43,844 nt of DNA from the NCBI GenBank assembly GCA_009602725.1, contig WELB01000014.1:1263828-1307671 (forward strand). Direction: 5' to 3'. Under the pieces are notes generated by a model. The model worked only from the letters and a program-made list of their open reading frames with translations. It did no database searches and was not told the origin of the DNA. Of the stretch, positions 36,010 through 43,844 are shown in pieces (within the stretch, counting starts at the first letter, position 1; every line of letters begins with the position of its first letter). Source of the stretch: Spirogloea muscicola. Its lineage: Eukaryota. The position numbers were made by a program, and so were the translations under genes.

Positions 36010-36298
36010 CCGGGTCACTAGCGCAGGTATACTGCATGCGCTTGGCCGTCTCGCTGCAGAGGTCTATGGCCCGCGCGCTGCACCTGCGTGCTGGCAGAGC
36101 CCTCGCTGCTGCCTCTGGCTCTGGCCAGGGGACCCGCTTCCAGGAGCCTAGCTTCTCTGACCTGAGGCTGCTTAGCAGGGGTTGCTGAGTGCTTCGGAGC
36201 TGCTTGGTTTCTATTTGTGCTTGTTCTCCTTAGTGCTTCCCCTGGCCCCTTCTCGTCCTTTGTTCGTTCTGTTTCGGGCTGGCTTTTCCCAGCCCCTA
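36010..36298 (+). mobile_element. Family A retroelement 3' end (tail truncated after the hairpin)
   Basis: Matches 1645-1925: MRLAVSLQRSMARALHLRAGRALAAASGSGQG, 3' UTR and GGGCTGGCTTTTCCCAGCCC. Confidence 0.85.
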
Positions 36299-36303
36299 CC
36301 GTC

Positions 36304-36341
36304 ATGGATATGAAGATGGATATGAAGATGGATATGAAGAT
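36304..36341 (+). repeat. 12-bp tandem repeat (ATGGATATGAAG) x3
   Basis: Read directly from the sequence. Confidence 0.9.
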
Positions 36342-37544
36342 TCATATGGAATCTCCATAAGATTCATACTCGACTATTCGAGGATTCCTTAAATCCACTT
36401 AATTCTACAATAGCCCAACTATTCTACAAAGTTGCTGAATGGAAGCAAGCAACTCCTTTGCGGCGGCTGCTAGTCCTTGAAGACTGTCCTCCTTGACTGG
36501 CAACTTTTGGCCGACTGTTATCAAATGCTTTGCGGCTTGATTGTGCGGACACTGACCTCATAGGACCTCAGATACCTCTTGTAAGAAGGCCCCACTTCTT
36601 CAGAGGGCGGACGGCGCCAGGTGCTTATCTGGCACGGCTTGTGTTTATTGTAGCTAAGAACTATGTAGCAGCTTCACGAGAGCCATGCCATAGTGGTCGC
36701 TTGTTGTGCTAGAGACTTACGCTCTCGTGTTGGGCTTCCTTCTACACCTTGTCCACCTTTGGGGCTCGCCATTCACAGAAGATTCTAAAATATGTTCTGC
36801 ATGTCCTTGAAGCTGCTGCAATGCGGAGGACGCAGTAAGCTAAGGAGCCTTCTGAGAAGGTGGGTTTGGAAAATGATGAGGGACAAATAGGGGTGTTGGT
36901 CAGAAAAAGCGTCTGAGACTTTTTATCTGGGTGCGCTGGGGTTTCCCTGTGGACCTTGTCCATTCCTCTTTAAGCTGGCTCTCGACAGCCTGAGAGTGCT
37001 GGAAGAGCCATTTCTCTGCTGGCCTCTTACAGCCACCGCCCTCTTCTGGCAGCGTCTTTTCTTCATTTCTCCAACATCCATCGCCTCTTCTGGAGGAGCT
37101 TCTTCTCTCCCCTTTCCTCGAAGTAATCAAAGAAGAAGCAGCTCTTCCAAAGAAGGAAGCGCGGCCAGATTGACTGGTGGCTGGGAACAAAGAAGAAGCA
37201 GCTCTTCCAAAGGGGACGAGGGCGGTGGAGACTACTTGTTAAAGTGCTTCTGTGAGCTCCAATGAACCCTGAAAACCTTTGCCCGCTTTGTACGAACCGG
37301 CCCTTTTCTGTACGCATCAAGAATGCGTGTGTAATAAGATTTGGTAAGGCCATGTGTGGCCAAGTTCAAAGGCAAGTACATTGACAAATGTACGTCACCT
37401 GCTGCTAAGCTGACCATCTGACAGCTGCTCCGGGCTTCGTTTGCGTGACGCCGTACTTCATCTTCGTCAGGTGACGCCTCGACGCCTTCGACGGTGGATG
37501 GTAAATGGACGGACGATAGCGGCCCCCGGGTCGCGACAAAAGGA

Positions 37545-37690
37545 GAAAGTGCTCGCCCATTGAGAATAGGGGCTGGAAAAGCCAGCCCAGAAGAGAATCA
37601 ACAAAGGACGAGAAGGGGGGCCAGGGGAAGCGCTAAGAAAACAAAGCACACAAAGAAACAAAGCAGCTACGGATCACTCAGTAACCCCTG
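37545..37690 (-). mobile_element. Family A retroelement 3' UTR
   Basis: The reverse complement matches 1805-1945, including the hairpin and the GGGCGAGCAC terminus. Confidence 0.85.
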
Positions 37691-37925
37691 TATGGCTGCT
37701 GCTTCCGGGTCTCGGCAGAGTGCCACTTCTCCTGCTCCGAGTTACTCTGATCTGCTGTTGCTCACATGTGGATACTGAGCAGCCATCTGCATCTCCCTCT
37801 GCACCGTCTTGCACTTTGTAATGTAGTCCTTTTTCGGCACTTCTTTCTTTGGCTTTGAACATTGTCCATTCATTTTGGGTTGGCTTTGCCAGCCCCTCTT
37901 CTCAATGGGCGAGCACCTTCTTCCT
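37690..37925 (+). mobile_element. Family D retroelement 3' end
   Basis: MAAASGSRQSATSPAPSYSDLLLLTCGY*, a distinct UTR, then a hairpin and CCCCTCTTCTCAATGGGCGAGCAC. Related fragments at 31170-31400(-) and 30500-30570. Confidence 0.7.
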
Positions 37926-39789
37926 GCTAAGCAGCCTTAGGTCAGAAACGCACAAAAGCCCGCTCGGCTCTGGACCCCGAAACGGCAGGAGCCGCTTGGC
38001 CGACTGCCGGATCGGCTGCGCATCGGACGGTGTAGAATGACGCGCTTTGTCCACCGTCGCCTGACGAGGGGCTGGAAACTATGCAAAGATTTGGGATTAT
38101 GCAAAACCGTTATGTTGAAGGCGTCGACCGGCGAATGCGTTTGTCGACCACTCCACAACTTCATATGGTTGAGGATGACAGCGCTGCAGAAGGAGCTTGT
38201 ATCTGTTCCTTCTGATTTGGCCTTTCACAGCCCTCGCCACCTTTGGATGAGCTTACTTCTATCGCAGCCACCGGCTTCCTTCCAGAAAGAGGGATCGCTA
38301 TTCACAGAAAGGGCGCACAGTGCGCTTGCATTGAGTCCGAGGCCAAGCCGAGCGATATCATCGTACAAGCCAAAAGCAATGGTGTTACGAAGAGCAGGAC
38401 TACACAAAACGAAGCCTTGGCTGAAGAAGGGCCGAGGAAGCAGGGCAAGGCTGAAGCGGGCTTCAATTTCCACGACTGAATATATGCAACAGCTGGCTAA
38501 CTTGGGAATTTGAAGTACTGCCACTGAAATTGGGTGGCCTGGCGTAGGGCGCCTGAATACTGATGAAGAGCCAGGGCCTGCGAGCACTGCAGCTCAGCAA
38601 GAGCCGCATTCTGTAGCACGCTAATATTGCCTGCAAGGCGACAAGGCTAGAAGGCTGCATGGCCCACTTGCTTGACAAGCCAAGGGCCTCCAGCCTACTG
38701 AATTGGGCCCACTTAAGTACCTCATCAACTCGCTTTCTTGGGGTTATTTACCAACATTGTGGGGCCGATAAGGGTCGTCAAGGTGGCCTCCTCAAGACAA
38801 GAAGCCTTGTTGTGTGGTCATCCTCTTTTATCATGTCCGTTCTGGCCAATGAACATGTAATATGTCACTGCATGGCTGACATGCATGACGGGTCAAAATC
38901 TAGACACAGATTAGTTACAGTCAGCTACCTCGTTGAGACATCTTGTTCGACACCCCAGTGCAGAATAAGTAGCCCGCAAATGAATTTTCGTGCCATATGA
39001 TGTCGGCTGCCAGATAATGTCGAATTGAATCAGCATGAAAACCGCCGAAATCAGCCTCCAGGTGATGGGCACTCGAGAAAATGAGGTGAATAGTAGGTCA
39101 CCGTGTAACGAACGGTGTTGCATCAACATTGAATAAGACTAGAGATGGTAAATGCGCTTATCTGATTGCAAACCACAGCTGGTAAATATGACGGCTCCAA
39201 GTAAAGATGTGCAAGCAACAAGATGTACACCCAAGCATCCAATGTAAGTCCTGAGAAACATCGTCAGGTCCGAATGGGTACGAAAATAATGGATAGTGAC
39301 TCAGTCCGAAACCGACTGATAGTAACGCGAACGGAACAGGGGCCAAGCCCAGCCTATCTACTTCGGATCCGGGCCAAGCCCAGCTTCGGATCGTGTTCCC
39401 AGACAAAGTATACAATCTTGCAGGAAAGCGGGAAAATGCTTGATGTGAGCAGCAACGTCAGAGCAACGCAAGGCAACGCTTGTCAGTCCACAACATACAC
39501 GGTCACACTTTTTGTGGCTTACCGAGTACGGTCCGGTCTCACGCGCCCGGCGAAGGAAGCTTCCGCTTCCCCGAGGGTGAGGCTTTCTAGCGGCGGTTTT
39601 GCCTACAGGCTATGCCCACGCCCTCTTAGCGAGGCACTGCACGCGCGAGCTATGCCTACTGTTGTTAGAAGTAGTGGCGGCAGCGGCAGTAGTGGCGGCA
39701 GCCGGCGGCGACGGCGGCAACAGCCGAAGTCACTGGGACCCGGGAACCCAGTGCACATCCACGGCCAGGGGCGAACTCGTCGATAGCTG

Positions 39790-40095
39790 GGTGGTCCGCG
39801 TGTTCAGCCGCCCGAAGAGAGAGAAGGCGCGCGGTACGCATGCCATTGAAAGGGAGGTCAATTCTAGCCTTACAGATGTCCTGTTAACTGGGCAATGAGC
39901 TGGCTAGGGGGGACACTGTTATCCCCAAGTGAGCACATGCATATCTGACAAGCTACTCTGAGGAGCCAAACCACCACCACGGAAGCCACTAGCCTGGGCT
40001 AATGCACGACCAGCACGCTGGTGAATCGCGAGTGCCTGGGAGCGCTGCAAACTCAATGATAGCCGCACTCTATAGCATGCAACAATGGCTTGCGG
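39790..40095 (-). mobile_element. Family C retroelement 3' end
   Basis: CYRVRLSLSLQRSQALAIHQRAGRALAQASGFRGGGLAPQSSLSDMHVLTWG*, then a UTR containing CCTAGCCAGCTCATTGCCC...GGCTAGAATTGACCTCCCTTTCA...CCGCGCGCCTTCTC. Confidence 0.8.
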
Positions 40096-41210
40096 GACAC
40101 TAGAATGGCCGAAAGTACTCTCTTGGGGAAATGCGTGTGTATCAAGAGATGGGGGGGCCATGAGTGGCCGAGTACAAAGGCAAGCACTCTTGAGAGGGTA
40201 CTTTTTTCTAGGAAGTGCCCCTTCCCTTCTTTCTCGGTCTATGGTTGAGGGGCTTTCCTCGTGTGGCGTAGGTGGCAAAAAAGCAAGCACACTGCGCCGG
40301 TGTCAGAAGTTGACGTGGTCGGCAAAACCATGCCTGCACACTGTGGCAATAGCCTGCCACGGCTAGTTAAATTGGGTTGTGCGCCCGCGTCAGGCAGGAC
40401 CTGAGCAGCTGATTGGGTTGTGCCCCCGCGTCAGGCAGGAGTTGGGCGGTGATGGTACTTCGAGCGCCACTGTGAAGCGAGACTTGGGCAGCAAACTGGG
40501 CATCTTCTTTTTCCATGACCCATCCGGGTTGGAGGTCCCGCGCTTCCGACTCCTCTTCACACTAAGCTGATGGATGACGTGCCTCAGATATCCACGTGTG
40601 CAGCCACCTCCGTATCCTTGTCAGCACCGACACACTTTGACCACGGATGGAACGTTGCATGACAACGTATCTACCATGGCAGGATGCTCAGTGAACACCA
40701 ATCTCAAACAAGTCTTTAAGATCCCTTCAGCAGTTGCTACGCCTGTATCTATGCACGATGCGTAGCTTATGGTAGCAACATTCTAGCTGCCAGGACACCC
40801 TCGCTAGGACACCTGAGTAAGCAACTGAGTTGCAACTGAATGTCTAATGCAAGGCGGCAAGCTTTGCATCGGTGCCGTGCCACGTCCACCTAGTGGATGA
40901 AGTGCGAAATGGCCAGTGCTTTGTGCTTCAAACTACTGTGCTTAAGTGGAAGCCTATCATAGGCCTGAGACCAAGCCTCTAACTCTGAAGCCTTATTAGG
41001 CAATCAGTTATGGCCCTGCGGAACATTAAAGTACCCTCCATGAAGAGGATGCCTTCCAAACGCATTGTGACGGGAGATTGAAGCAGGTCATAGGCATTGC
41101 ACTCAATGCGAGAATTCTGGCTCCTACTCGACGACCTTGTGACACATACTATTTGAGAACCAAATTGCTGTGTGTCTCAACCAATTGTACAGTGGACCGC
41201 AAGAGCTTCT

Positions 41211-43541
41211 TTAGTTGCGGGGACTTTTAATGGGCAAATCGCGGGGACTTTTAGTGGCCAGGTCATCGTGCTTGCTCAGTAGGAGTCCCCTCTCCTCATC
41301 GCTCACCACTTGCTTTGGAGTAGTCACTGGCTCCTTCTTCATCTCCTGCACCAGCAGAATTCATGTTAAGCCAAGACAGCCCCCTTTGAGACACATCTCT
41401 GACACAGACATCCGTCTCAAAGCACCGGGCAGCAAGTCTCACTCCACGCCAATGATAAATGGAATCAATCACAGATCAGTCAGAATTGTAAATGACACAG
41501 GGTGGCAACCTTGAGCTTGAGGTGATTGTAATAGCAAACGCCGAGGAACGCAAGGCCATACCCCACCAGGTTGATGGTTGTTATCTGCACATAACGCTTG
41601 ACAGAGCTGCTCAGTCCCCCCAATGACACTTGGTCCTAAACATGAACGTAAGTTCCGTTGCAAAGCTTGCATCTAATCTGGTTTCTGAATGTAGACCTGT
41701 AAAGCACGCAAATACAGAGGCTTGACACACCTTGTCTGCGATGACCGACCAAGAGAATGCAATCAGCAGCCAGTCCTTGACAACTCCTGCATTTCAAAAC
41801 CCCAGATGGTGACGCGTCAATTATACCACTGCTTTCAGACGTATCGGTGAAAACCACAGAGTATGCCAGGCACCATGCCAACCAACAGTGGCATCAACGT
41901 ATAGGTCGTTTGAAGAAGCTGGCTGGTCCCAGGACTCTGCACGTACCTAAGAGGACCTTGGCTACCAGACAATCTAATGCACACAACAATGCAGACTGAC
42001 CCTCTTTAGACTCAATTCACCTACGACCGACTAGCACATCTCATATGAAGCACTTCTACAACAAGTAGCACAGGTAGGCATACCTGCAACGTTCATTGTG
42101 AGAGCGGAGGTTTTGCCAATGAGGAGGAAGACGGCTATATTGAGGCCGAAGGCTACAGAGGCATTGGTCCCAAAAGTGAGGAAGTCGGGCTTAAAGGAAC
42201 CGGCGGCAAGGAGCCGGGGCAGCTCCACATAAAGCCAGGGGAATGTCAAGAAGAAGAGGCAGCAGGGAGCAACGTAGTACAAGCTCAAGATGGGATTCAG
42301 CTTGATGCCCTGTAAACCGTCAGCGAAATGGAAGAATGAGTTTACTATCAACATCGCCATCCAGGGTGCTTAGCATGCTTAGCAACTACTGGACGTGGTC
42401 GCAAGTCCGTAACAAGTTAGGTGCAAGTCCAACAAGGCAAGGGGCTGCCAGCAAGCAAGTGGGTGTAAATCAGCACCTTGGATGTCAAAAGTATCTGGAT
42501 GAGGACAAGCCGGAAAGCCTCGAATGCAACCGCCCCTAGCTGGAACAGGGCAGCACAATGTCAAGCTCTTGAAGCTGACTTCGTACCCAGTACAAGGTGC
42601 ATCCAATATAAGTTCAAGTTTGCCAGCTGCTGAGAGACAACTACCTGTGCTTCTGATTGCTCCCAGTACAAAGCTGACACATATGCTAGCTAGTGTGCCC
42701 TCAGACATCTAGCATGACTGTCAGAATCTGCCAGCAGTAAAATGGCCAGCTACATTCATATTGCACTTGTACTCAACAGCTCTGCTCTTCTTGAAGGGAT
42801 GGTGGTGGGTTACCTGGAGCAACACGCCCACGATATTGAAGTTTGCCTCGCCATACGCGGCAATACCAACACCAACAGAAATACCAATCATGTTGAGCAT
42901 TGTTTCGTTGCTGTAGAATTCCTTCTGGAACCCCACCCCTATGATGTACACTGTGACCGGCATCAAGGCCTTCAGCATCTGCAGGTACCAGAGATAGGGA
43001 GTCCTGCTAGTGAGAAACAGCCTGCTGCCAAATGCTTGAGAAGCAAGGCAACTGACAGCAACAGTAGTACATGCTGTCCTTGACAGAAATGTCTCTTAAG
43101 TCCTTCAAGTGGACGGCAGCTGAGTGCCGGGCTTGGCAAGGCCAACCTTGCACCTGCTAATCTTCTATTGCAATCCTCACAAGAACAAGTGCACAATAAC
43201 ATCGTTATGAGCATCTGGCATTTCCAGACAGTGAAATTATCAGCAAAAACGTAAGCTTTGGTGCTAGCTGCACACGGCGACCGCCTGCACCGCTTATGGC
43301 ATACCTGAATGAAAGAGACGGAGAGATAAATGTAGGCGGAATTGGACAACCAGAGGCTGACAGCGTAGAGGGCGCCAATGGGGACGACCGAGGAGATGTA
43401 GACATTCCAGGACATCTCGATGGGCTCGACCCACCGCAGGACCTTGAGCACGAGGAAGGCGAGCGTGGAGCAGAAGGCCATGTGGATCATGGTGAGGCTG
43501 ATGGGGAACGGCCAATTGTACATCTTCTTATCCAGGATATA
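41211..43541 (-). CDS. Sugar-phosphate/nucleotide-sugar translocator, TPT family (first exon probably beyond the window end)
   Basis: Exons 43541-43305, 42978-42814, 42539-42477, 42309-42084, 41786-41731, 41584-41510, 41345-41211. Motifs [74 protein letters not shown]. Confidence 0.94.
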
Positions 43542-43844
43542 CTGCGAGCGCCACCACAGCTCACCGTGAGGAACGTCAGACAAAGCTCGCCGACGGCCAG
43601 AGGAGACGTCTTGAGAGGGCCGGCGGCAGCCGCTCTGGGCTTCTGTCTAGGGCTAGAAGCCGCAATGGTGCTGCCTGAGCGACTGGCGGCGGCGAATCCA
43701 CAAGTTGGCCCACATTGCACTGCCCCACATTCGGCGGCGATCGCAGCCATTCTGGCGCGCGGCGGCGATCCACAAGCTTGCTCATGGACCTCAGTCCATG
43801 GCTCCTCACTGCTAGATACTACCCCCCCATCCCGATCCTCCCCC

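Noticed and set aside
38037..39786. ORFs of 110-190 aa in the repeat island
   Set aside because: They cross retro fragments and show no identifiable motifs.

Overview
Eukaryotic, intron-rich, GC-rich nuclear DNA. Plant-type genes and TTTAGGG-like repeats suggest a streptophyte green alga (inference). Nine spliced genes were reconstructed by hand: plastid-type EngA/Der GTPase, COX16, a NIPA Mg2+ transporter, an SR45a-like RRM protein, a DUF760/UV-B-induced-like protein, Asn-tRNA synthetase, a SUB1-like O-fucosyltransferase-family protein, a universal stress protein and a 5'-partial TPT-family translocator. Two introns use GC donors. Intergenic DNA (about 190-3500 and 30500-40500) and several introns are full of 5'-truncated 3' ends of restriction-like-endonuclease (RLE, CRE-like) non-LTR retrotransposons from several divergent families. 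Most share one 3' motif: a GGCTG-loop-CAGCC hairpin, about 12 nt, TGR-NN-GAGC and a TTC-rich tail. They appear to insert into each other's 3' ends, building stacked arrays; one insertion is only 35 nt long with a perfect 25-bp target-site duplication. Also present are a TA-flanked MITE carrying inverted telomere-like repeats, a decayed gag split across both strands, and a perfect 38-bp palindrome.
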